Positions 32,007 through 42,219 of a DNA stretch of 64,000 nucleotides are shown piece after piece. The notes under the pieces were generated by a model, which saw nothing but the letters and a program-made list of their open reading frames with translations, was not told where the DNA came from and made no database searches. How positions within the stretch are numbered: the first letter of the stretch is position 1; each line of letters begins with the position of its first letter. This stretch comes from Synechococcus sp. Lineage in GTDB: Bacteria; Cyanobacteriota; Cyanobacteriia; PCC-6307; Cyanobiaceae. The position numbers and the translations under genes were made by a program. Where the stretch lies: assembly GCA_047285305.1 (NCBI GenBank), contig JBJBDL010000003.1, forward strand, positions 1,984,001-2,048,000. The letters run 5' to 3'.

Positions 32007-32944
32007 GAGGAGGGGTCCGCAAGCGACAGCGGCTCCCAGAACCGGCGCCGTTGACTCACAAAGATGACCGACACGAGCACCATCACAACACCGATCCACT
32101 GGAGCAGATCAAGGCGCTCTCCCAGCAACCACCCACCGGTGGCCAAGGCAAACACCGGTGTGAGGAATCCGAGGCTGCTGAAACTGGTGAGATCGCGCTG
32201 ATTGGCGAACCAGAAGAACAATCCATAGGCCAGGGCGCTTCCGAGCAGGCTTGCGTACCCCATGCGCGCCCAGTCCGTTGCCGTCCAGGCCAAGCCAGCA
32301 TCCGTGCGCTGCAGGGCATGAACCCCGAGCAGGGGAAGTCCCCCCAGCACCATGTGCCAGGCCGTGACGCTGACCGGATCGCTGTGGCGAGAGGCAAAGC
32401 GAATCAACACCGTCCCAGCTGCCATGGCGACGGCCGCCAGCAACATCCAGCCCTCACCGGGCTGAAACAACTGCTGCAACACCGGCGGGTCAGCCAGCAA
32501 CCACCAATGTCCCAACAGCTCAGCCGGCAGGCCGATGCAGACGATTCCAGCCAAACCGATGGCCAGCCCCATCCAGCCGATGGGATTGATCGACTCCATG
32601 AACAACGCGCGTGCCATCAGGGCCACCAACAGAGGTTGGCAATCAATCAGGACGGAACCGAGACCCGCGCCTGTGCCTTCCAACCCCCGCGCCAACAGAC
32701 CTTGAAACAAGGTGGCATCCACCAGGGTGAACAGGAGGAACCAAGGCCAATCACGGGAATCGATCGCCAGGCCTCGCCCGGTGCACTGCACCCAGAGAAG
32801 AAGAGCCAAACCGGCAGGCACAAGGCGCAAGCCAGCAACCAGCCAAGGCCCTGCGCTGGCAAGCAATGGCGCCATGGCGGTCATCGCCGTTCCCCAGAGC
32901 GCGAAGGGCAACACCATCAGAAACCAGAGTCGCAACGACGGCAT
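32003..32944 (-). CDS. DMT/EamA family transporter
   Basis: About 10 TM segments, duplicated EamA pattern, FLTPVFA, LGERL. Confidence 0.9.
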   Translation of the reverse strand: MPSLRLWFLMVLPFALWGTAMTAMAPLLASAGPWLVAGLRLVPAGLALLLWVQCTGRGLAIDSRDWPWFLLFTLVDATLFQGLLARGLEGTGAGLGSVLIDCQPLLVALMARALFMESINPIGWMGLAIGLAGIVCIGLPAELLGHWWLLADPPVLQQLFQPGEGWMLLAAVAMAAGTVLIRFASRHSDPVSVTAWHMVLGGLPLLGVHALQRTDAGLAWTATDWARMGYASLLGSALAYGLFFWFANQRDLTSFSSLGFLTPVFALATGGWLLGERLDLLQWIGVVMVLVSVIFVSQRRRFWEPLSLADPSS

Positions 32945-32997
32945 GGATGGGCGCTTGGGTGCTCTTTTTAAGATCTGGAGCGATGCAGATGCGCAAC

Positions 32998-33810
32998 ATG
33001 ATCTGGCCCTGGCGGCGAAAATCCCGACGACGGATGGCGCGCATCGTTGTTGATGGCCCCATTACCGGTGCCACGCGGAAGCGGGTGCTCAAAGCGCTGC
33101 GGGAGGTGAAGCAAAGGGAATTTCCAGCACTGCTGCTGCGCATTGACAGCCCCGGCGGCACGGTTGGAGACAGCCAGGAAATTCATGCAGCCCTGCTGCG
33201 GCTCCGGGAACAGGGCTGTCGCGTGGTGGCCAGCTTCGGCAACATCTCCGCCTCCGGCGGCGTCTACATCGGTGTGGCTGCGGAGAAAATCGTCGCCAAT
33301 CCCGGCACGATCACCGGTTCCATAGGGGTGATCCTGCGGGGCAACGACCTCTCGCGGGTGTTCGAAAAGATCGGGATTCGCTTCGACACGGTGAAGAGCG
33401 GTCCGTTCAAGGACATCCTTTCCCCGGATCGTCCGCTGAGCGATGCCGAACGTGCATTGCTTCAGGAGCTAATCGACAGCAGCTATGGCCAGTTCGTTGG
33501 TGTAGTGGCGCAGGGGCGAAATCTTGAGCTGGAGACGGTGAAGCGCTTCGCCGATGGACGGGTATTCAGCGGAGAACAGGCACAGGCGCTGGGCTTGGTG
33601 GATGAACTCGGCGACGAAGACCATGCCCGTCGCCTCGCGGCGCAGATGGCCAATCTCGACGCGGACGACATTCGCCCCGTGACCCTGGGCAAGCAACGCC
33701 GCAAGCTCAGTGGATTACTGCCGGGATCCCAGCTACTGCATCAACTGCAGCAGCGACTCTCGATTGAATTGATGGGGAGCGGTCAGGTGCTTTGGCTGTA
33801 CCGCCCATGA
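32998..33810 (+). CDS. sppA: Signal peptide peptidase SppA (S49)
   Basis: RIDSPGG, ASGGVY, TGSIGV, KSGPFKD, ADGRVFSG. Confidence 0.93.
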   Translation: MIWPWRRKSRRRMARIVVDGPITGATRKRVLKALREVKQREFPALLLRIDSPGGTVGDSQEIHAALLRLREQGCRVVASFGNISASGGVYIGVAAEKIVANPGTITGSIGVILRGNDLSRVFEKIGIRFDTVKSGPFKDILSPDRPLSDAERALLQELIDSSYGQFVGVVAQGRNLELETVKRFADGRVFSGEQAQALGLVDELGDEDHARRLAAQMANLDADDIRPVTLGKQRRKLSGLLPGSQLLHQLQQRLSIELMGSGQVLWLYRP

Positions 33811-34190
33811 CCAGCTCACCCCTTGTTCTTAGAGGCCTGCGCGGGGCCACCACCTGTACGGAGAACAGCACGGAGGCCATTCATGCGGCGGTCAGCGCCC
33901 TGATGGACGCCCTTGTCGATCGCAATGGTCTGACCCCCGACCAACTGGTGTCGGTGACCTTCTCGGTCACCGCCGATCTCGACGCCTGTTTCCCGGCAGC
34001 CATTGCACGACGGCGGCCCGGCTGGGACACGGTGGCGCTGCTGGATTGCCAGCAAATGGCTGTTCAAGGCGACCTCCCCCGCTGCATCCGTGTTCTGGCC
34101 CACGTCTGGATCCCACAGGACCAGCAACCCATGCACCCATATCAGGGCGACGCGCAGCAGCTCCGTCCAGACAGATCTGATCACAACTGA
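33807..34190 (+). CDS. aroH: Chorismate mutase, AroH class
   Basis: RGLRGATT, FSVTADLDACFPA, CIRVL, LRPD. Confidence 0.93.
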   Translation: MTSSPLVLRGLRGATTCTENSTEAIHAAVSALMDALVDRNGLTPDQLVSVTFSVTADLDACFPAAIARRRPGWDTVALLDCQQMAVQGDLPRCIRVLAHVWIPQDQQPMHPYQGDAQQLRPDRSDHN

Positions 34191-34265
34191 CAGATCAGCC
34201 TCCGACCCCTGAGATCACCGCTCCGTGGTTGGACTCAGGAGAATCCCATCATCAAGATTCTTCCT

Positions 34266-34841
34266 ATGGCCCGTTCCACCATCAGACGCTTGCTTGCTGG
34301 AGCCGGCACCGCTGCAGCTCTGTTGATGGGCTCAGCACTCACCGGAGCTCCCGAGCAGATCGCCCACGCCCAGGGCACACCTGGGCTGATGGAATTCCGC
34401 TGGGACAACGACCGTGACTACCGGAAGCTGTACTACTACCAAACATCCAGCATCGAAAACGACCGCTCGGAGTGGTATCTCACCCTGCGCGAAAAGGATC
34501 GCAAGACCGCGATTCTCAAACTCACCGTCACTGTTCCGGACTACTTCGACGCCAAGCTCAAGCCCCACCGCATGCGCATTTGCCGCACCAGCGTTGGCAA
34601 CATGACGAGCCGCAGCAAGTGCCTCGAAGAGATCCCGGCGGTGATCGAGGTCAACAAAGACCAAACAGAAATCGTGGTCTTCCCCGACACGCCGCTGCCT
34701 TCAGACGGGGACTACTCACTTCACATCAAGCTGTTCAACCCCCAGGGGAAGCGCATGTATCAGTTCAACGCTCTGGTGCAGGCCCCCGGCGATGTGCCGA
34801 TGTCCGGCTACCGCGGCAGTTGGCTGATCGATGTGGACTGA
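34266..34841 (+). CDS. DUF2808-like exported protein
   Basis: Signal peptide, GLMEFRWD, NP..MYQFNA, GSWLI; sits upstream of rpmH as usual in cyanobacteria. Confidence 0.75.
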   Translation: MARSTIRRLLAGAGTAAALLMGSALTGAPEQIAHAQGTPGLMEFRWDNDRDYRKLYYYQTSSIENDRSEWYLTLREKDRKTAILKLTVTVPDYFDAKLKPHRMRICRTSVGNMTSRSKCLEEIPAVIEVNKDQTEIVVFPDTPLPSDGDYSLHIKLFNPQGKRMYQFNALVQAPGDVPMSGYRGSWLIDVD

Positions 34842-34887
34842 CTGATAAAATCCCAGATTCAGATCGGCCGGTAGCCAGGAGACGTCC

Positions 34888-35025
34888 ATGACTAAGCGCA
34901 CCCTCGGGGGAACAAACCGCAAGAGGAAGCGCGTCTCGGGTTTCCGTGTACGGATGCGCTCTCACACCGGCCGCCGTGTGATCCGCACGCGCCGCAAGCG
35001 CGGCCGCGCCCGCCTCGCCGCTTGA
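34888..35025 (+). CDS. rpmH: 50S ribosomal protein L34
   Basis: Manual translation [45 protein letters not shown]. Confidence 0.97.
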
Positions 35026-35086
35026 TGGTGTGGGATGAATTCAGAGGATTCATCCCAGCCTCGGCATCCCCAAACAAAATTGGTTG

Positions 35087-35473
35087 ATGGTCCTTCCCGC
35101 CTCGATGCGATTGCGCGGGCATCGATGCTTCAACCGTTTGCACCGGTCCTCCAAGCGCCAACACGGAACTTTGATGGTTCTGCGCGTTGCTGCAGGTGAT
35201 TCCAACTTGCTTCGCCGGGAGTTGCGTGGCATCCAGGAAAAAACCTGCCGCTGCGCCCTGGTGATCAGCAACAAAGTGAGCAAGCGTTCCGTCAAGCGGA
35301 ACCGGCTCAGGCGGCTTTTGCACGACCACCTGCGTCGACGTTTTGAACAGCGAAACGATTTAGCGGGCCGGTGGTTGCTGATCAGCCTTCGCCCGGAAGC
35401 CGCGGAAGCCGAACCCACACAGTTGCTCGAAGAATGCGACAGTCTTCTGAGAAGCGCCGGACTGGATCCATGA
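35087..35473 (+). CDS. rnpA: Ribonuclease P protein component
   Basis: KVSKRSVKRNRLRR (RNR motif), follows rpmH. Confidence 0.95.
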   Translation: MVLPASMRLRGHRCFNRLHRSSKRQHGTLMVLRVAAGDSNLLRRELRGIQEKTCRCALVISNKVSKRSVKRNRLRRLLHDHLRRRFEQRNDLAGRWLLISLRPEAAEAEPTQLLEECDSLLRSAGLDP

Positions 35474-35877
35474 CCAGCATTCAGGAAGATGTCCACTACG
35501 ACGGTGGACCAGCCCGTGGGGATCTGATCTTCAACATCCTGCTTGGCTTCACTCTGATCGGCCTTCCCTTCACCATCGGAGCCGTTGTTCGGGCCCTTTG
35601 GCTGCGCTTCCGCATCACCAGTCGCCGCATCTCGGTGACGGGGGGCTGGATGGGCAAAGACAAAACCCAGGTGGTGTATTCACAGATCAGCGAAGTGCGC
35701 ACCGTGCCCCGTGGCTTTGGAGCCTGGGGAGACATGGTGTTGGTGCTCAAGGACGGCGCCAGGCTCGAACTGCGCTCGATGCCCCGATTCCGGGAAGTTG
35801 AGGCCTACATCCTCGAACGCATCAGCAGCCGTCCGGCCAAAGCCCAAGAGAAAACCACTGAAGGTTTCGCCGCCTGA
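35470..35877 (+). CDS. Bacterial PH-domain protein
   Basis: [24 protein letters not shown]; lies between rnpA and yidC. Confidence 0.85.
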   Translation: MTSIQEDVHYDGGPARGDLIFNILLGFTLIGLPFTIGAVVRALWLRFRITSRRISVTGGWMGKDKTQVVYSQISEVRTVPRGFGAWGDMVLVLKDGARLELRSMPRFREVEAYILERISSRPAKAQEKTTEGFAA

Positions 35878-35933
35878 GTTCAGCTGTTCATGCACACTGG
35901 CCTCACAACGTCCCGCCCCCCCGTTTCTTCAAC

Positions 35934-37064
35934 GTGATCGGATACATCTCCGACAACCTGCTGATTCCAATCCTGGACTTCTTCTATGGGTTGGTTCCGA
36001 GCTATGGCCTGGCCATCGTCGCCCTCACCCTCGTGATCCGGATCGCGCTCTACCCCCTGAGCGCAGGATCGATTCGCAGCGCTCGGCGCATGCGGATCGC
36101 CCAACCGGTGATTCAGAAACGTCAGGCTGAGATCAAAAGCCGGTATGCCAACAATCCTCAGAAACAGCAGGAGGAGCTGGGCAATGTGATGAAGGAATTC
36201 GGCAGCCCCCTGGCGGGATGCCTGCCGCTGCTGGTGCAGATGCCGATCCTTTTTGCACTGTTTGCAACCCTGCGGGGGTCACCGTTCGCCGACGTCCCTT
36301 ACACGTTGAACATGAAGGTGTTGCCGGCAGACCAGATCGCTGCCGTTGAACCCAAACCGTTCAACAGCGCCAGCCATTCCATCTTCATCGGTGAAACCGA
36401 GCATGTGCCGGTGATCGCCAGCCTGCCGCGGGGCACCAAGATCGGCGTTGGCGACAGCGCCACCATCAACCTTCATACGAAGGACGGCCGCTCCTTCAGC
36501 GACGTGCTCACGGATGTTGAGAGACCTGGACGCTTCGCCCCCACATGGGCAGTGACCAAAGGCGATGACATCGTCAGCGTCAGTGACGACGGCACGATCA
36601 CGGCCCTCGCGGCCGGTGATGCCACCGTTGAAGCGAAGATTCCTGGCCTGGCAGCCCGCAGCGGCTTCCTGTTCATCAAAGCCCTGGGCCAGGTCGGCTT
36701 CTATGCCGACGGTGCCATCAATTGGGACATCGCCATTCTCGTTGCCGGCTTCGGCATCACCCTGTTCATCTCCCAACTGCTGTCGGGCATGGGCATGCCT
36801 GCCAACCCTCAGCAGGCCACGGCCAATAAAATCACTCCGGTGATGATCACCGGGATGTTCTTGTTCTTCCCACTCCCCGCCGGAGTTCTGCTCTACATGC
36901 TGATCGCCAACATCTTCCAAGGCCTTCAGACCTTCATCCTCACCAAAGAGGCATTGCCCGACAACCTGCAAAAAATTCTGGATCAGCAAATGGCCCAGAA
37001 AACAGTGACAGTCTCTGCCACCTCAGGCGGCTCACGCCTGCCCTTTGAACCGAAGGGCAAGTGA
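35934..37064 (+). CDS. yidC: Membrane protein insertase YidC
   Basis: [29 protein letters not shown]. Confidence 0.96.
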   Translation: MIGYISDNLLIPILDFFYGLVPSYGLAIVALTLVIRIALYPLSAGSIRSARRMRIAQPVIQKRQAEIKSRYANNPQKQQEELGNVMKEFGSPLAGCLPLLVQMPILFALFATLRGSPFADVPYTLNMKVLPADQIAAVEPKPFNSASHSIFIGETEHVPVIASLPRGTKIGVGDSATINLHTKDGRSFSDVLTDVERPGRFAPTWAVTKGDDIVSVSDDGTITALAAGDATVEAKIPGLAARSGFLFIKALGQVGFYADGAINWDIAILVAGFGITLFISQLLSGMGMPANPQQATANKITPVMITGMFLFFPLPAGVLLYMLIANIFQGLQTFILTKEALPDNLQKILDQQMAQKTVTVSATSGGSRLPFEPKGK

Positions 37065-37597
37065 TCGAGGCACTGGAGCCTGTTCCCCTCCAAGAGCTCC
37101 GAGCCCTCGGTACAGCGAAAGTCTGGGAGGTTGAGGGTGAGCTCGATGAGCTCCCCTCGCTCACACCAGTGCGAGGCCATGTTTCCGCAGAACACCGCGG
37201 CAACGTCTTGGAGGTTGAGGGGAAACTCAACACGATCGTGACGCTCTGCTGCGATCGCTGCCTGAATCAGTTCAATCAGAAGCTCAGCTGCACGCCTTCC
37301 GAACTGATCTGGCTGGGAGACGAGCAACCGACGGCCGACGAACTGGAGCTTTCCGGAGAGGTCTCCGAGATGGAAGGGCTGGTAGATGTTCTCGATCCAC
37401 GCGGTCAATTTGACCCCCAGCAATGGGCCTTCGAACAGCTCAACCTTCTGTTGCCGGTCGTCAACCACTGCGGTGACCACTGCCCAGGCCCACCAGGCCT
37501 AAAGCAGCAGCCCGTGATCCCAGACACCAAGACAAAGGTTGTGGATCCCCGCTGGCAGGCCCTGCAGCAGCTTCAGCAGCCAGTGGATCAGCCATGA
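37061..37597 (+). CDS. YceD/DUF177 family protein
   Basis: CDRCL, C..HCPG, DPRWQAL. Confidence 0.9.
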   Translation: MIEALEPVPLQELRALGTAKVWEVEGELDELPSLTPVRGHVSAEHRGNVLEVEGKLNTIVTLCCDRCLNQFNQKLSCTPSELIWLGDEQPTADELELSGEVSEMEGLVDVLDPRGQFDPQQWAFEQLNLLLPVVNHCGDHCPGPPGLKQQPVIPDTKTKVVDPRWQALQQLQQPVDQP

Positions 37598-39084
37598 GCA
37601 GTGCCACCTGGGGAGATCAGATCGACCTTCTGGTGCGTGCGCGCACACCCCTGATCTGGGTGCGGAGCAATGAGGAAGCCCGGGTGGAGAGCCTGCTGGG
37701 AGAGGCTGCTCAGCGGCTTGAACGCCAGCTGGTCTGCTGGAATTTCATCGATGGCATCACCGGGCCGGTGAATACCGACGGCCAGGGGAGTCGTCAACCA
37801 ATGGCCATGCTGCAATGGCTCCAGCAACGGGATGCGGGCAGCCCAACCCTTCTGCTCGCCAAGGATTTTCATCGTTTCTGCGATGACCCGGGCGTTGCCC
37901 GGATGCTTCGCAATCTCGAAGCATCCCTGCGCAGCACCCCGCACACTTTGGTGTTGTGCTGCGGGCAATGGACACCCCCCGGTGATCTGGAAGAAAGCCT
38001 CACGCTTCTCGATCTCCCCCTCCCCGACAACAACGACCTGCGCCGGCTAATCAGCAACATCGGCACCAGCAGCGGCAGCCCCCTGCCAGCTCCTGTCCTG
38101 GATGAATTGGCTCAGGCCTGCAGCGGGCTCAGCGAGATGCGTGTTCGCCAGGTGGCCGCCCGGGCCCTGGCCCGCCGCGGCCAGTTGGGATCTGAGGACC
38201 TGCAGGACGTTCTGGACGAAAAACGGCAGACGATTGCCCGCAGTGAGGTGCTGGAGTTCTGTCGCAGCGATGCGGGCACCGAAGCCATCGGAGGCCTCGA
38301 TAGTCTCAAGACCTGGCTGAACCAACGGCACCGGGCCTTCTCGGAAGATGCACGGCGTTACGGCCTGCCTCTGCCCCGTGGCGTCCTGCTCGTGGGGCCT
38401 CAAGGCACAGGCAAATCACTCACGGCCAAGGCCATCGCCTGCAGTTGGTCGATGCCCCTATTGCGTCTGGATGTGGGGCGGTTGTTCGCGGGCCTGGTGG
38501 GGGCCAGCGAGGCACGCACCCGCGAGATGATCCAACGGGCTGAAGCCATGGCACCCTGCGTGCTCTGGATCGATGAGATCGATAAGGGCTTCGGCGGGGA
38601 TGGCCGAAGTGACGGCGGCACCACCCAGCGGGTTCTGGCCAACGTCCTCACCTGGATGGCTGAAAAGCAGTCACCGGTGTTCGTGGTGGCCACCGCCAAC
38701 GGCGTTGAGAAGCTGCCACCGGAGCTGCTGCGCAAGGGACGTTTTGATGAGATCTTCATGCTCGATCTGCCCAGCAGCGCTGAGCGCCACAGCATTCTGG
38801 AGCTGCATCTGGAACGGAGACGCCCAGGGCTGAAGCTTCCCCTGGACACGGTGGTGAGCCGCAGTGAGGGCTTCTCCGGTGCCGAACTGGAGCAGACCGT
38901 GATTGAGGCGATGCACTTGGCCTTTGCCGACAACCGTGAGTTGACCGAGCCGGATCTGATTGGAGCGGCCTCCCAGCTCATCCCCCTCTCCCGCACCGCT
39001 AGCGAACAGCTCGAGCGGCTGAAGCAGTGGGCTGCAGGTGGCCGTGCCCGCCCCGCCTCTGTTGCTGCAGGTAACGAAGCCTGA
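37594..39084 (+). CDS. Ycf46-like AAA+ ATPase
   Basis: IGGLDSLK, GPQGTGKS, WIDEIDK, RKGRFDE. Confidence 0.9.
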   Translation: MSSATWGDQIDLLVRARTPLIWVRSNEEARVESLLGEAAQRLERQLVCWNFIDGITGPVNTDGQGSRQPMAMLQWLQQRDAGSPTLLLAKDFHRFCDDPGVARMLRNLEASLRSTPHTLVLCCGQWTPPGDLEESLTLLDLPLPDNNDLRRLISNIGTSSGSPLPAPVLDELAQACSGLSEMRVRQVAARALARRGQLGSEDLQDVLDEKRQTIARSEVLEFCRSDAGTEAIGGLDSLKTWLNQRHRAFSEDARRYGLPLPRGVLLVGPQGTGKSLTAKAIACSWSMPLLRLDVGRLFAGLVGASEARTREMIQRAEAMAPCVLWIDEIDKGFGGDGRSDGGTTQRVLANVLTWMAEKQSPVFVVATANGVEKLPPELLRKGRFDEIFMLDLPSSAERHSILELHLERRRPGLKLPLDTVVSRSEGFSGAELEQTVIEAMHLAFADNRELTEPDLIGAASQLIPLSRTASEQLERLKQWAAGGRARPASVAAGNEA

Positions 39085-39162
39085 CGCGGCGTAACGAACG
39101 CCAGCCTTGAGTAAGGCGCTGACCGGCGCCCTCCCTACGGTCCTCACAACAGCAGGACCAAC

Positions 39163-39324
39163 GTGGAGAGCCGCAACGACATCGCCACTCAGCTCTGCGT
39201 GGCCTGCCTTGGTGCCGGCGTGATCACGACCATGGCTGTGGCCCAGGGTCAAAGCCCCCTCACCGCTCTTGGCATCACCCTGTTCTCGGGCATCGCGGCG
39301 GTGATGGTCGGCCAGGTGCTCTGA
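39163..39324 (+). CDS. Small 2-TM hypothetical protein (53 aa)
   Basis: Manual translation MESRNDIATQLCVACLGAGVITTMAVAQGQSPLTALGITLFSGIAAVMVGQVL, with AGGA upstream of the GTG. Confidence 0.75.
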   Translation: MESRNDIATQLCVACLGAGVITTMAVAQGQSPLTALGITLFSGIAAVMVGQVL

Positions 39325-39366
39325 AACGCACTGCCATAGGCTGCCGGCGCTGACGCCCCTGAAGCC

Positions 39367-40644
39367 GTGCTCGATCAGCGCCTTGTGCGTGACAACCCCG
39401 AAACGATCGCCCAGCAACTGGGGCGTCGAGGTAAGGCTGTTGATCTCACCAAACTGCAGCAGATTGCCCGGCAGCAGCGAGATCTGGAGCAACAACGCAG
39501 CAACCTGCAGGCGGAAGGAAACCGGATCGGCAAGGAAGTCGGCCAACTCATCAAGTCGGGCGCTGATCCCAAAGGCGACGAAGTCGCCGAACTCCGCCAA
39601 CAGGGCAATGCCATTAAGCAGAAGGTGGCAGTGCTGGAGGAGGAGGAGAAGCAGCTCTCCAGTGAGCTCAAGCAACAGCTGCTGGGGTTCCCAAACCTCC
39701 CTTCAGAGGCCTGTCCTGATGGGCGCAGTGAAAACGACAACGTTGAAGTGCGCCGCTGGGGAACCCCCCGGGTTGACGACAACCTCGAAGAGCACTGGCA
39801 GATCGCTGAGCGGTTACAGCTGTTCGACACCGAACGCTCCGTCCGCATCGCGCAGAGCCGTTTCGTCACACTGATGGGCCAAGGGGCACGGCTGGAGCGT
39901 GGCCTGATCAATTTCATGCTCGACCTCCACACGAGCAAGGGCTACCGAGAGGTTCTGCCCCCAGTGCTGGTGAACAGCGCCAGCCTCACCGGATCAGGAC
40001 AACTGCCCAAGTTCGCCGAGGAAAGCTTCCGTTGCGCGGAAGACGACCTCTGGCTGACACCGACCGCTGAGGTGCCCGTGACCTCCCTGCACCGGGACGA
40101 AATCATCCCGGCAGATCAACTGCCCCTGCGCTACGCCGCCTACAGCCCCTGCTTCCGCCGTGAGGCCGGCAGCTACGGCCGCGACACCCGTGGCCTGATC
40201 CGCCTGCACCAATTCAACAAGGTGGAGCTGTACTGGTTTGTGCACCCCGATCACTCCGAAGAGGCGCACCAACAAATCACAGCCGATGCAGAGGCCGTGC
40301 TTCAGGCGCTGGAGCTGCCCTATCGGGTCTTGGACCTCTGCACCGCTGACCTCGGCTTTTCCGCCCGCCGGACCTACGACCTTGAAGTGTGGCTGCCGGG
40401 AGCAGGGGCCTACCGGGAAATCTCCAGTTGCAGCGTCTGTGGTGATTTCCAGGCGCGACGGTCCTCCATCCGCACCAAGGAAGGCAAGGCCACAAAGTTG
40501 GTTCACACCCTGAATGGCAGTGGCCTGGCTGTCGGCAGAACCATGGCGGCCCTGTTGGAAAACGGCCAAGAGCCCGACGGCAGCGTCCTGCTGCCCAAAG
40601 CGCTGGTGCCCTACGTCGGCCGAGAGCGACTCCAGCCAGAATGA
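39367..40644 (+). CDS. serS: Serine--tRNA ligase
   Basis: [35 protein letters not shown]. Confidence 0.98.
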   Translation: MLDQRLVRDNPETIAQQLGRRGKAVDLTKLQQIARQQRDLEQQRSNLQAEGNRIGKEVGQLIKSGADPKGDEVAELRQQGNAIKQKVAVLEEEEKQLSSELKQQLLGFPNLPSEACPDGRSENDNVEVRRWGTPRVDDNLEEHWQIAERLQLFDTERSVRIAQSRFVTLMGQGARLERGLINFMLDLHTSKGYREVLPPVLVNSASLTGSGQLPKFAEESFRCAEDDLWLTPTAEVPVTSLHRDEIIPADQLPLRYAAYSPCFRREAGSYGRDTRGLIRLHQFNKVELYWFVHPDHSEEAHQQITADAEAVLQALELPYRVLDLCTADLGFSARRTYDLEVWLPGAGAYREISSCSVCGDFQARRSSIRTKEGKATKLVHTLNGSGLAVGRTMAALLENGQEPDGSVLLPKALVPYVGRERLQPE

Positions 40645-40668
40645 TCCGACTGGACTCCTGACGGACAT

Positions 40669-41751
40669 ATGAACGTGTTGGCCGCCCTTCTGGTCCTCGC
40701 CCTGCTGATCTTGGTGCATGAGGCCGGCCATTTCCTCGCTGCCACGCTCCAGGGCATCCGCGTCAGCGGTTTTTCCATTGGCTTTGGCCCGGCCCTAATC
40801 AAGAGGCAACGGCGTGGGGTGACCTACGCCATGCGGCTGCTGCCCCTGGGTGGTTTCGTCGCCTTCCCTGACGACGATGAGGAGAGCACGATCCCTGCTG
40901 ATGATCCGGATCTGCTGCGCAACCGGCCCATCCCCCAGCAAGCCCTGGTGGTGGCTGCAGGGGTTTTGGCCAACCTGGCCTTGGCACTGGTGGTGCTGTT
41001 CGCTCAGGCAGCGTTTGTCGGCGTTCCCGCCGCACCTGATCCGGGGGTTCTGGTGGTGCAGGTGCAGCCGGGTGGTGCTGCCGCCCGCTCCGGGCTTCGT
41101 GCCGGTGACCAGATCCTCAGCCTGAATGCCCAACCCCTTGCCGCAGGACAACGGGGCGTTGAAGCGATGGTTCGGGATGTGAAAGCGGCACCCAAGCGAG
41201 CCATCCGCGTGGAGCGAAAGCGGGGAGACGAGACGTCCACCCTTGAACTCATCCCGGACGACCAACAGGGCACAGGAAAAATCGGCGCCCAGCTGCAGGC
41301 CAACATCAGTGGGGAGATGCGCGCCGTGCGCAATCCCGGTGAACTGGTGCTCACCACCGGCTCGCAGTTCAGCCAAATGCTGCAACAAACCGTGCGTGGC
41401 TATGCCAGCCTCCTGACCAACTTCCGCGCCACAGCGGGGCAGGTGAGTGGCCCCGTCAAGATCGTTGAGATGGGAGCTCAGCTCAGCCAGCGAGGGGGGT
41501 CAGGGTTGGTGCTCTTCTCAGCCCTGATCTCAATCAATCTGGCGGTGCTCAATTCACTGCCGCTGCCGCTGCTCGATGGCTGGCAGATGATGATGCTGGC
41601 GATTCAATCCGTTCGGGGTCGTCCGGTGTCCGAACGGATCCAAATGGCCTTCGTGCAATCCGGTTTTCTTCTGCTGGTGGGGCTCACGCTTGTGCTGATC
41701 GTGCGTGACACCAGCCAGCTGCCGGTGGTCCAGCAATTGATGAGTCGCTAG
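40669..41751 (+). CDS. rseP: RIP metalloprotease RseP
   Basis: HEAGH, PDZ domain, NSLPLPLLDG. Confidence 0.95.
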   Translation: MNVLAALLVLALLILVHEAGHFLAATLQGIRVSGFSIGFGPALIKRQRRGVTYAMRLLPLGGFVAFPDDDEESTIPADDPDLLRNRPIPQQALVVAAGVLANLALALVVLFAQAAFVGVPAAPDPGVLVVQVQPGGAAARSGLRAGDQILSLNAQPLAAGQRGVEAMVRDVKAAPKRAIRVERKRGDETSTLELIPDDQQGTGKIGAQLQANISGEMRAVRNPGELVLTTGSQFSQMLQQTVRGYASLLTNFRATAGQVSGPVKIVEMGAQLSQRGGSGLVLFSALISINLAVLNSLPLPLLDGWQMMMLAIQSVRGRPVSERIQMAFVQSGFLLLVGLTLVLIVRDTSQLPVVQQLMSR

Positions 41752-41808
41752 GAGGGTGATGGCGCCCATGTATCGTTGACGATTCGTTCACTCGCTGCCC
41801 TCAGCTGC

Positions 41809-42111
41809 ATGGCCAAGAAGTCGATGATCGCTCGCGATGTGAAGCGCAAGAAAACGGTTGAGCGCTATGCGGCCAAGCGCGCAGCACTGATGGCAGCCTT
41901 CAACGCAGCCGAAGATCCGATGGATCGCTTGGAGATCCATCGCAAGATTCAGGCTCTGCCTCGCAACAGCGCACGCATCCGTGTGCGCAACCGCTGCTGG
42001 GCAACCGGCAAGCCCCGCGGCGTTTATCGCGATTTCGGTCTCTGCCGTAACCAGCTGCGTGAGCGTGCCCACAAAGGTGAACTGCCCGGCGTAGTCAAGT
42101 CCAGCTGGTGA
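41809..42111 (+). CDS. rpsN: 30S ribosomal protein S14
   Basis: [10 protein letters not shown]...[12 protein letters not shown]...LPGVVKSSW. Confidence 0.97.
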   Translation: MAKKSMIARDVKRKKTVERYAAKRAALMAAFNAAEDPMDRLEIHRKIQALPRNSARIRVRNRCWATGKPRGVYRDFGLCRNQLRERAHKGELPGVVKSSW

Positions 42112-42219
42112 TGAGCTTGTCGCCATGGCGTCGTAAGGGGGAGGCTTTGCCTCCCCCTTTCTTGTGAAGAGCAGCCATGAAATGTCAGACTTGGGATTGA
42201 CAAAAGGACATAAGACGTC